From NCBI GenBank assembly GCA_947462815.1, contig CANHQR010000013.1, positions 3,520-67,519 of the forward strand: a stretch of DNA of 64,000 nucleotides. The letters are read 5' to 3'. This stretch comes from Pseudobdellovibrionaceae bacterium. GTDB lineage: Bacteria; Bdellovibrionota; Bdellovibrionia; Bdellovibrionales; JAMPXM01. Shown here piece by piece: positions 44,117 to 52,352 of the stretch (positions are counted from its first letter, which is position 1; the number at the start of each line of letters is the position of its first letter). Position numbers and translations under genes: made by a program. The notes beneath the pieces are model-generated. The model searched no databases and had not been told where the DNA came from. It was given only the letters and a program-made list of their open reading frames with translations.

Positions 44117-45136
44117 ATGTCGAGTGATGAGACGAAGACGGTCGACAACGAGATGATGCCAGCTGATTCCGAAGGAAGAGTCTTGAGACGCAAACGCTTG
44201 CGACGAACCTTGATCAGTTTGGGCATCACAGGGCTTGTCAGTCTCTTTGCCTACCAGAATTGCGATGGGGGATTTCAGTTTGATCCGGCGACGGGAACAC
44301 TCAGTTCGACGGGGGGGCCGGGCGCTAGCGGGGGTAGCCTCACGATCACCACATTTGATCCCGCCGGGCGAGTCTACACGGGAGAGGTGTTTGAAGGTGG
44401 TTTGGTCTACAAGATCGTCGCCACTGGCGGTGGTGTGTCCTCGGCGACGTTACTCTGGACACTCGCCCAGAACAGCGGGAGCTGTGTTCTCAGGCCAGGC
44501 ACTTCGTCCGACAGCCGCGAGGTGACGTGCTCCAACAGCGGAACAGTCAGAGTTCGCTTGGAAGCGTTTTGGGATGATGGCCGCGTCGACTCTCGCGAAG
44601 TCAGTAAAAACACGACAGCGGTCGCCACAGATGCCTGCGGTGTGGGGAGCGACACCCGAGTCGTCTTCCGGATCCCACAAGGTACCAACACTGGACCGTG
44701 GAACAGTTCGGCCTCGCCCACACTCGTCTTTGTCGGCCAAACGCTTCGCATTTGTAACGACGATACTGTGAATCACCAATTGCACACCGGAGGTTCACCT
44801 TGCGCCCACCAGGGCAATGCGATGTCGCGGGGACAGTTCTACGATTGCGTGATCGCCAATGCGAACACAGCCGGTATGTATGACCACATCCACGGCACCG
44901 GAGCGACCTTCTCCGTGCAAGCCCTGGACGGTGCAGCTCTCTACGCCGATGCTTCGAAGTCAGGCACCACAAGCAGCTGTGCGACATGTCACAACCCGAT
45001 TGGTACAAGCGCTAAACGTGGCCGTACCTTCGCGCAAATCAAAGATGCCATCCTCAACAATCGCGGAGGCATGGGCACTTACAATGGACGAATCACTGAC
45101 AACGAAATCCGCGCGATCGCCTACTCGCTTCGTTGA
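44117..45136 (+). CDS. lipoprotein/membrane-anchored protein with C-terminal c-type cytochrome motif
   Basis: ATG 44117 behind a G-rich SD. N-terminal anchor LVSLFAYQNC. CATCH (CxxCH) in a roughly 60-aa cytochrome-c-like tail. Central beta-rich region with a His/Cys cluster (CNDDTVNHQLHTGGSPCAHQ, MYDHIHG). Confidence 0.6.
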   Translation: MSSDETKTVDNEMMPADSEGRVLRRKRLRRTLISLGITGLVSLFAYQNCDGGFQFDPATGTLSSTGGPGASGGSLTITTFDPAGRVYTGEVFEGGLVYKIVATGGGVSSATLLWTLAQNSGSCVLRPGTSSDSREVTCSNSGTVRVRLEAFWDDGRVDSREVSKNTTAVATDACGVGSDTRVVFRIPQGTNTGPWNSSASPTLVFVGQTLRICNDDTVNHQLHTGGSPCAHQGNAMSRGQFYDCVIANANTAGMYDHIHGTGATFSVQALDGAALYADASKSGTTSSCATCHNPIGTSAKRGRTFAQIKDAILNNRGGMGTYNGRITDNEIRAIAYSLR

Positions 45137-45230
45137 TGAGAGTCCTCGATTCGCTCTGACTTTCGGTCGGAGTGCCTCGGGTTGAAGCTCAGACGTTGAC
45201 CTTGCTGGTCTGAGCGGCCAGCATGTTCGC

Positions 45231-45845
45231 ATGTCTAAGGCGCAAATTGAACGAGCAGGAGTTGAGTCCCACGAGATCGCGAGCACCGCTCCGAGCTGGC
45301 GGAGTCGGATCAAGATCGGAACGGTTTGGGTGATCGTCCTCAGCTTTGGCCTCAGTCTCTTTATTGAAGAAGATGCGGAGGCCCGTCGGCGTCGCAAGCG
45401 GCGTCGTACGAAACAGCCCAAGGTGATCAATGAAAAGAAGCTCTATGAGCGCATGGGTGGAGAGCGAGCCCTGACAACTTTGATTGAGGATTGGTTTCGA
45501 ACCGCACTTCAGCATCCCGAATTTGGTCCGGCTCTCGCGCCGCGAGCGAAAAGCCCCACACAGTTTGCAAAGCTGCGTCAGCAGTTTAATCAAGAGCTCT
45601 GCGAGATCTCGGATGGGCCCTGCTCCGAACCGGCTGAAAGTCCCTTCGAGAAACTCTCCGTCGAGCTCAAGTTCACCGAGCCTCAACAAATCGCCTTTGT
45701 GGATTTGCTCTCGCAAGCGATCCTCCAGTCCGGCGTGGGGGAGCGAGAGCGCAATGAGTTGCTCGGCCGCCTCTCCAATGTGGTGGAGCTCAATTTGCCC
45801 GAAGCCGACGGTCCTGCGGGTGAGCGCCGCGGTGGTTTCCGATGA
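45231..45845 (+). CDS. membrane-anchored truncated-haemoglobin-like (Bac_globin-like) protein
   Basis: TM (IGTVWVIVLSFGLSLFI) plus RRRRKRRR. Then LYERMGGERALTTLIEDWFRTALQHPEFGP ... FTEPQQIAFVDLLSQAILQSGV, resembling trHb helices. Confidence 0.5.
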   Translation: MSKAQIERAGVESHEIASTAPSWRSRIKIGTVWVIVLSFGLSLFIEEDAEARRRRKRRRTKQPKVINEKKLYERMGGERALTTLIEDWFRTALQHPEFGPALAPRAKSPTQFAKLRQQFNQELCEISDGPCSEPAESPFEKLSVELKFTEPQQIAFVDLLSQAILQSGVGERERNELLGRLSNVVELNLPEADGPAGERRGGFR

Positions 45846-46288
45846 AGCCCGGCACGGATCCAGGTGAGCCCGGTGCTTGGGACCTTGCAGAGGTTGAGGT
45901 TTTGATCCGCGAAGTGCATCTGGATACTTTTGGCCACGTCAATAATGCAACGTATCTCTCCCTGTTTGAGCAGGCCCGCTGGGATTTGATCGAGACCGGC
46001 GGTTACGGTTTACGCGTGATCCGCAATACTGGACTGGGACCCGTGGTCCTCGAGGCGAACATCAAATTCATGCGTGAAATTGGTCTACGAGAGTCCATTC
46101 GTATTCAAAGTCGTGCCTACGACCCACTTGGCGGAAAAATCATGCGTATGCGCCAACGCATGGTCAACTCGCGCGGCGATGTGTGTTGTGAGGCCGAATT
46201 CAAGTTTGGTCTCTTTAGCCTACAAGAACGAAAGCTGGTGCCACCAACGCCGGAATGGCTGCGAGCCATCGGTGCACCGACATCATGA
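45842..46288 (+). CDS. acyl-CoA thioesterase (4HBT/YbgC-like hotdog fold)
   Basis: VHLDTFGHVNNATYLSLFEQARWD. ATGA overlap with the upstream gene. Confidence 0.8.
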   Translation: MKPGTDPGEPGAWDLAEVEVLIREVHLDTFGHVNNATYLSLFEQARWDLIETGGYGLRVIRNTGLGPVVLEANIKFMREIGLRESIRIQSRAYDPLGGKIMRMRQRMVNSRGDVCCEAEFKFGLFSLQERKLVPPTPEWLRAIGAPTS

Positions 46289-46926
46289 AACCTCGGGTGA
46301 TCCTATTGAGCCAAAGTCCGGCACGGCGCCGTCTGCTGCGTCGAATTTTGCCGCGATTTCGAACGGCGAGGCCCCTCGGGGTTGACGAGCGCCAAGAGCA
46401 ACGCGAGTTCGAGCGAGCCCGACCGCTCCGTGAGGTTCGCGACGCGATCGCTCTCGCTCGGCATTTGTCACAACTCAAAGCCCGCAGCTGGCCAGAAAAA
46501 CACGTGGATCAAGTGGTCATCGCTGCCGATCAGCTTTTGTTTTTACCTCGTTCACGTCGCGTCCTGGGTAAGCCCGGTGGCAGGGTTGCGGCGCTTCGGC
46601 AATTGCGAGCCATGCAGTTGGAGCCGGCGGTGTTGGTCACCGCCGTCACGGTTCGCCACGGGGCGCGCCTTTGGACGGCCACTCAGCGTGTTCGCCTGCG
46701 CGTTCGTCCAGAGCTCGCAACCTCCGATTTGCGAAGGGTTTTAGAACTCGATCAGCCGTGGGATTGTGCGGGCAGCTTCAAAATGGAATCGCGAGCTCCG
46801 GAGATCCTGGCTTGGATTCGCAGCGATGACCCGACCGGCATCGAGGGGCTGCCGCTCATACGGACCGCGGCTCTCCTCAAGCTGGCCGCGTTGAGTGTTG
46901 CCAGCCGGCGAGAGGGGCCACGATAA
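46285..46926 (+). CDS. maf: Maf-like nucleoside triphosphate pyrophosphatase
   Basis: VILLSQSPARRRLL, VIAADQLL, GKPG, WDCAGSFKME, GIEGLPL. ATGA overlap with the thioesterase stop. Confidence 0.85.
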   Translation: MKPRVILLSQSPARRRLLRRILPRFRTARPLGVDERQEQREFERARPLREVRDAIALARHLSQLKARSWPEKHVDQVVIAADQLLFLPRSRRVLGKPGGRVAALRQLRAMQLEPAVLVTAVTVRHGARLWTATQRVRLRVRPELATSDLRRVLELDQPWDCAGSFKMESRAPEILAWIRSDDPTGIEGLPLIRTAALLKLAALSVASRREGPR

Positions 46927-46964
46927 ACTGGGCCGTTTGATTGTGCTTGGAAAGCCCAAATCAC

Positions 46965-46982
46965 AAATGAATTTATTCATTT
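46965..46982. promoter_or_regulatory. perfect AT-rich 8-2-8 palindrome AAATGAAT-TT-ATTCATTT (candidate operator)
   Basis: Read directly from the sequence. Stands out in GC-rich DNA, about 200 nt upstream of the 47181 ORF. Confidence 0.25.
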
Positions 46983-47180
46983 AAGGCACTTGGGATGAGC
47001 TTGAAGCTCGGCCGGTCCGAATGGGGCTAAGGAGATCGATTTGGGTCAGCCCAATCAAGTGGCCCACTTCATAACACTCAACGCCGCCACACTCTGCAGA
47101 GCTCACTTATGCACTGAACGAATAACAATATCGCCTGAACTCATTGGTTCGTCCGAATCTTCGGCGGTAAAACTTCGTTC

Positions 47181-47768
47181 ATGAAAAAGCCAACGGCGAT
47201 CTTCCAGCTTCTCTACCCTTTCCACTCAAACGCGGCGACATCGCCGCGTGTGCAGCGTCTGCTGATGCAGATCGGTCTTGCTGTGATCGTCTCGCTGATG
47301 GTCGGACTCGTCATTTCGCCAGCGAAAGCGCAGGCGGATCGGATCTCTGAGGGAGATCGTCCCTGGGTCGATAGCTTGCGCTCCTTGATGCGTGCGGATC
47401 GTTTGACCTACGTGGACACCGACGTCACGGAACCGCGCTATCGTGAGCGCCTGCAGCAGATTGCTTGGGATCAAGCGCAAATTTGGGGCGACACCATCTT
47501 GGAAGGTGATTACTGGGCCGACGAAGAGGTGCTGTTGGACCTCGTGCAAGCTGTCTTCCGTGATGGCATTCAAGTCGCTTGGCGCATCACCTATTCATCG
47601 AAGGCTTTCGACACTTCGGTTTGTACGCCCTATGAGTACGCCGATGAGGATCCAGCACGCTTCACGGGCTGCATTCCTGGCCGTATCCACGAATCGAGTT
47701 TCGTCTCGATGGATCTGAAGTCCTTTATCCGCGACGATGAGGCGTTCGCCGAATTCATCGAGAACTAA
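47181..47768 (+). CDS. hypothetical secreted/anchored protein
   Basis: Hydrophobic N-terminal segment (IGLAVIVSLMVGLVISPAKA). Acidic, Trp/Tyr-rich mature part. No recognisable motif. Confidence 0.5.
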   Translation: MKKPTAIFQLLYPFHSNAATSPRVQRLLMQIGLAVIVSLMVGLVISPAKAQADRISEGDRPWVDSLRSLMRADRLTYVDTDVTEPRYRERLQQIAWDQAQIWGDTILEGDYWADEEVLLDLVQAVFRDGIQVAWRITYSSKAFDTSVCTPYEYADEDPARFTGCIPGRIHESSFVSMDLKSFIRDDEAFAEFIEN

Positions 47769-47880
47769 AGAGCCTTCACGGTTGTCGCAATCACCTGAAG
47801 ATCACTAGATTAACTCCCGATGTTTATGTCATGATTGGCGCCAATGGCCCGCATGGCCAAAACTCTCGGGAGCCCTCTGT

Positions 47881-49215
47881 ATGACGCCGCTTTGGAACAA
47901 ATCCGCTGAGAACTCCTATGTCCTGCAAGACGTCGACGTGTGGACGTCGGCGGGTGTCCAGCGCTCCTGTGATCTCGAAGTTCGCGATGGGTTTCTGGTC
48001 AGTATCAAGCCAGCCGCGGCGAAGTCAGCGCGTCTTTATCGCTGGGCCGTTTTGCCCTCGGGTGTGGACACGCAGGTGCATATGCGCACGCCGGGGCAGT
48101 GGGAGAAAGAAACGCCAGAGGCGGCTTTGCGTGCAGCTCTCGCCGGTGGCGTCGGCGCGGTGCTCACCATGCCGAACACGAAACCCACTCTTGATAGCGT
48201 CGAAGCGTTGGAGTTGGGGCGTTCGCAAGTGGCGCGGGCTGAAGATCTCACGGGTGTGCGAGTTCTGTGGAGTGTCGCGGCGACTCTGGGCCAGCAGGGC
48301 GAGAAGGTGGCGCCGCTTGAGGATCTTGTCAAAGCCGGAGCGTCGGCTGTTACAGATGATGGCAAAGGAATTTCCCGCGATGAAGTGCAGCGCGAAGTAT
48401 TCGAGCGGCTTGCGCCTTTGGGCATTCCCTTTCTCCAGCACGCCGAGACCTTAGGTGCTGCGGGTCCGTTGGCGCCAGGTCCCGTCGCTAAACGTTTGGG
48501 CCTTTCTCCTTATGACGAGTCTCACGAGGTCGACATGGTGGCGCGGGATTTGGATTTGCTGCGCACGATGGCTCGTGAACCGAACGGCCTCGGCCGCCAA
48601 GTCCGGTACCACTTGCTGCACACCTCAAGTGCGCGTTCCATTCCGCTCGTAATTCAGGCCAAGGCTGAGGGTTTGCGGGTCACGGCTGAAGTTTCGCCGC
48701 ATCATTTGTACTTCTCGAGCGATGAGATCGACGAAACCAACAAAAGCTTCAAAATGAATCCGCCGATTCGTTCTCCGGAGGATCGCGCAGCTCTACGCGC
48801 GGCTTTGGCAAAGGGAGAGATCGATTGGGTGGCGACAGATCATGCGCCTCATGAAGCGGAAACCAAGGCGAAGCCATTCGCTCAGGCAAGCTTTGGCACC
48901 TTGGGTCTCGAGACCATGCTTCCGGTCCTCTTGGATATGTGTGCGAAAGGTGAATTAACCGAGTCGCGTGTGGTGGAAGTCTTCGCCAAGCGCCCGGCGG
49001 AATTCTTGGGGATTGACGAAGATTTTGGTGATTTGAAAGTCGGCAAAAAGTTTCGCGCGACCGTCGTGGCGCCTCGCGAACCTTGGACGGTGCGAGCGCT
49101 TGCGCATCAGAGTCTTTCTAAGAACACCTGCTTCGATGGCGTTCGACTCACGGGTCGAGTGTTGGCCACAGCGACCGAGAGCGGCCTCTTCGTGGCGCCG
49201 AAAGTCTCCACTTAA
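47881..49215 (+). CDS. pyrC: dihydroorotase-like cyclic amidohydrolase
   Basis: GVDTQVHMRTPG, MPNTKP, AVTDDGKG, LQHAE, HLLHTSS, VATDHAPH. The first His of the usual HxH reads Gln. Confidence 0.8.
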   Translation: MTPLWNKSAENSYVLQDVDVWTSAGVQRSCDLEVRDGFLVSIKPAAAKSARLYRWAVLPSGVDTQVHMRTPGQWEKETPEAALRAALAGGVGAVLTMPNTKPTLDSVEALELGRSQVARAEDLTGVRVLWSVAATLGQQGEKVAPLEDLVKAGASAVTDDGKGISRDEVQREVFERLAPLGIPFLQHAETLGAAGPLAPGPVAKRLGLSPYDESHEVDMVARDLDLLRTMAREPNGLGRQVRYHLLHTSSARSIPLVIQAKAEGLRVTAEVSPHHLYFSSDEIDETNKSFKMNPPIRSPEDRAALRAALAKGEIDWVATDHAPHEAETKAKPFAQASFGTLGLETMLPVLLDMCAKGELTESRVVEVFAKRPAEFLGIDEDFGDLKVGKKFRATVVAPREPWTVRALAHQSLSKNTCFDGVRLTGRVLATATESGLFVAPKVST

Positions 49216-49261
49216 TCGGCGTTCAGTTTACGTCTAGGATGCCATCGCGCATGAGTTCGAA

Positions 49262-49987
49262 TTACCTGCACAGCGGAAGTCGAGCTCGACTCACATGCAT
49301 GTCGGGAAGCTGGGAGCAGAGATTGCGATCAAGATTCCCCCAGTTCAATTCGCCTCGGCCAATCAGAATTTGCAGCTTGGCGTAAATCGGCGTGAGGTGA
49401 TCGCGAATCGCCTGCACCACAAAGCTTGGCTTCCTCGGGTTTCCGGCCTCATAGCCGTGACGACACATTTCGTCCTGAAAAGCTTGCTCCGCCGTCCAAC
49501 CCTGCGCCAGCTGTCGAATCAATGCAGCCAAGAGACCTGTGCGGTCTTCACCGACGGTACAGTGGAAATAGAGCTGTCGCCTCGGTGAAGCGCTCACCTT
49601 ATGAATCAACGCGAGTCCATCGACGATATGTTCGCACACGCTCACTTCGTCGTCGATATCCTTCCAGGGCATTGGCAGGTGATGGATCTGCCGCGCTTTG
49701 AAGCCCGCATCGCGCAGCGCTTGAATTTGTCGGGCGACCTCGCCTCGAGCGTCGCGCTTAAAGATCAAAACATCGGTGATGCCGAAGTCGACGAGCTCTT
49801 GAACCTTGTGTCCCGGCTCGGAGCCGCGGAAGACCCGCGGCGCGATTTCGTGAGTGTTTCCATAGCTGAGGCCCTCGACCGTCGATTTGTACGGGGAGGT
49901 GAGAGCGTGAGCTGCGCTCAAGGACCACGACGCGCTCAGCGTCGCGGTGAACATCAAGATCGATAGATTCGATAAGCGCAGACTCAT
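49262..49987 (-). CDS. secreted protein-tyrosine/dual-specificity phosphatase
   Basis: Signal peptide (ILMFTATLSASWSLSAAHA). PTP loop HCTVGEDRTG (C-x5-R). AAGGAG 7 nt before the ATG, which lies 19 nt after the S41 stop. Confidence 0.8.
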   Translation of the reverse strand: MSLRLSNLSILMFTATLSASWSLSAAHALTSPYKSTVEGLSYGNTHEIAPRVFRGSEPGHKVQELVDFGITDVLIFKRDARGEVARQIQALRDAGFKARQIHHLPMPWKDIDDEVSVCEHIVDGLALIHKVSASPRRQLYFHCTVGEDRTGLLAALIRQLAQGWTAEQAFQDEMCRHGYEAGNPRKPSFVVQAIRDHLTPIYAKLQILIGRGELNWGNLDRNLCSQLPDMHVSRARLPLCR

Positions 49988-50006
49988 GACCGCACTCCTT
50001 TGCCAA

Positions 50007-51890
50007 TCAGGGTACGAGATCCGTGGCGGCCTTCGAGAAAGCTTCGAAGAAGTTCTTGTAGCCTTCGCGGAAGTCTTGAACGGTATGGGTGTGCTCGATG
50101 TCCGGAGTCACGCCGTTGTTTTCAACGAAAACGCTGTCCGGATATTGCCCGTCGGGTCGGAAGGTCGTGAAGAGTCCTCGGGTCAACGAGAGCTTCGCAC
50201 GCGAGTGGGGAAGTTCGATCACTTGTTCGACGCTTCCGCCCAGGCCAGCGGTACGACGACCGAAGATTTTGCCGATGCCGTTTTGCTTCATCAACATCGG
50301 AAAAGCGTCGCCGCCGGATCCGCAAAGTTCGTCGACTGTGATGAGAATGGGCTTCTTCCAAACCCCTGCGCCTGGAGCTGGGACCTGTTGAGTCACCAAC
50401 ATGAAGTTGATCGGTTCGCGCGCGAGGCGAAGGCCTGCATCGTGATCTCGATCGAGGCTTGCCGCATAGGCGCGAACCTGTTGAGCGAAAGGAGCGGTGA
50501 GTTGGCTGGCGGGTACATCGCTGAGCCAGCTGAGCCAGCGCGATATCCATTGCCGATCGGCTGTGTTGAATTGCACCCAAGCGTTCATGCCTTTAGGGGC
50601 GAAGAGTCGGGCGAACCAATCCACATATAAGACACTGCCGCCGGGGTTTTCGGTTTGATCGATGACCAAAACATCAGCGATGGGTTGGAACTGTTCGATG
50701 AGAGCCGAGTAGACCGAGAGGTTGGCGATGAAGTCCGCTGCGCTGTAGCCCGGCTGGCGCATCATGAACACCGTTTTACCATTGTGTTTGTAAAGACCGG
50801 CGAAGACATCGGGCCAAGTTTTCGGCGTGGTGAAGGGGGTGGGTTCTGAATCAAAGACCTCGAGGTTCTTTCGCCAGAGGGCGTAGTATTTCGCCGCCAA
50901 AGCTGGATCGGCAGTCACCTTGGTGAAGCCAACCTGGCTCGCCAGCTTGCGGGAATACCAGTAGGGCTCTGTGCTGCCCATGGAGAAGATCGAGGCGTTG
51001 GGCGGGGCCGAGTTTTTTGTTCCCGTTTGCGTGATCTCGCGGCGGAATTGGATGAGGTGAGCGAGGGGCTCAGAATGAAGGCTCGCCCCTTTAAGCTGAC
51101 TCAGGTCCGTCAAGTGAGATTCGGCCAAAGGTTTCAGGCCCGTGGAGCGTTGCAGGCCCGCGCGCCGCCAAGCGATCCGGGCAATACGTGTCTCGCCGGT
51201 GGGTTTTTTGAACTCGATTTGTGCAAAGGGCTGCGTGGGGCGCATCTCGATCAGATGAGCGGCTCGGTAGAAAATGGCGTAGGCCAGGTGGCGGTCGCTC
51301 ACGTCGTTGCCGTACCAGGAGTACTTCAAGATTGTGCGGAGCAGATCCTCAGGTGACTTTCCGTCCACCGAAATGAGCTCGTCTCCACGTTCGATTCCAA
51401 ATGAAGCGAGTTCAGCGTGCACGCCATCGATGAAAAAGCCCTGCTCGACGGGGGTGACTTGAATCGGAATCTGCTGGTCGTCGCGAAATGGCTGGGCCAG
51501 GTAGACGTGACCGTCTTGGAAAAGGCGAAGGAGCTCGTAGAATTTAGAGAGTTTTTCTTCTTCAGTTTGAGTCGTCGCGATCTGCGAACGCAGGCGCTGG
51601 GCCTCGACATCAAACTTGTAGCCGAAGCGACGCTCTTTGTACTCAAGCGGTCCATACATCGAGCGAATGGCCTCGACCATAGCGTTGAAGTCGGCCTCGG
51701 CTTCGCTGGTCGATAGCGGGCGAAGTGCAGCGCCCTCATTTAAGATTTGCGGTTCCGAAGACGTCGCGGAAAAGTATTGGCAGCCTGCGAGTGAGAGCAT
51801 CGCACTGAGCGCAACAGCGGTAGCGGATCCGGCACGCGACCCGAAAAATGACCCAAAAAATGACCCCAATCGTAAGCGAACAACCGGCAT
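50007..51890 (-). CDS. S41-family (C-terminal processing/tail-specific-like) peptidase homologue
   Basis: Signal/lipoprotein-like N-terminus. PDZ-like GIERGDELISVDGKS. S41 core DQTENPGG, VDELCGSGGDAFPM (Ser context), GRRTAGLGGSV. Confidence 0.75.
   Translation of the reverse strand: MPVVRLRLGSFFGSFFGSRAGSATAVALSAMLSLAGCQYFSATSSEPQILNEGAALRPLSTSEAEADFNAMVEAIRSMYGPLEYKERRFGYKFDVEAQRLRSQIATTQTEEEKLSKFYELLRLFQDGHVYLAQPFRDDQQIPIQVTPVEQGFFIDGVHAELASFGIERGDELISVDGKSPEDLLRTILKYSWYGNDVSDRHLAYAIFYRAAHLIEMRPTQPFAQIEFKKPTGETRIARIAWRRAGLQRSTGLKPLAESHLTDLSQLKGASLHSEPLAHLIQFRREITQTGTKNSAPPNASIFSMGSTEPYWYSRKLASQVGFTKVTADPALAAKYYALWRKNLEVFDSEPTPFTTPKTWPDVFAGLYKHNGKTVFMMRQPGYSAADFIANLSVYSALIEQFQPIADVLVIDQTENPGGSVLYVDWFARLFAPKGMNAWVQFNTADRQWISRWLSWLSDVPASQLTAPFAQQVRAYAASLDRDHDAGLRLAREPINFMLVTQQVPAPGAGVWKKPILITVDELCGSGGDAFPMLMKQNGIGKIFGRRTAGLGGSVEQVIELPHSRAKLSLTRGLFTTFRPDGQYPDSVFVENNGVTPDIEHTHTVQDFREGYKNFFEAFSKAATDLVP
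51838..51870 (-). repeat. 12-bp coding tandem repeat (gaccc[g/a]aaaaat x ~2.7) encoding FFGSFFGS in the S41 signal region
   Basis: Read directly from the sequence. Confidence 0.8.
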
Positions 51891-52352
51891 AAAAACCCCC
51901 TCTGGAGCCGGTTTTTAGAGCCAGAAGCGGGGGGGCCGCAAGCTTGCGGATGCAGTAGGTAGAGATTGCTTGCAACAAGGGCCGGCCCTTGTCGGGGAGA
52001 GTCGAGAAGTTCAACACCGGGCGGGCCTAAAACCGACTTAATATTCAATTGGCGGGGGCTGGGGGGGTCAGAGCTTGAAGGAAGACGCGGGCGTTGCGGC
52101 CGAAAGTGCGCATTGGCTCTTGCTCCTCGAGATCACGGACGTACCGATGACGACGCGACTGGGTGTGTTCGATGTGGAGATCTTCGGACCGCTGGCTTGA
52201 TAGAGGAGCTTTAATAAGGAGTCGGAGATGGGAGTCGCGTCGCCCGGCGTTCGGCTTGGCCGAGGTCGCAGCGGTTTGGGTCTACTCGGCGGTTTGGAAG
52301 GGCACCTGCAATTTGCTGTCCCCCAAGTCATCACGCTCCGCAAGCCCGCGAA

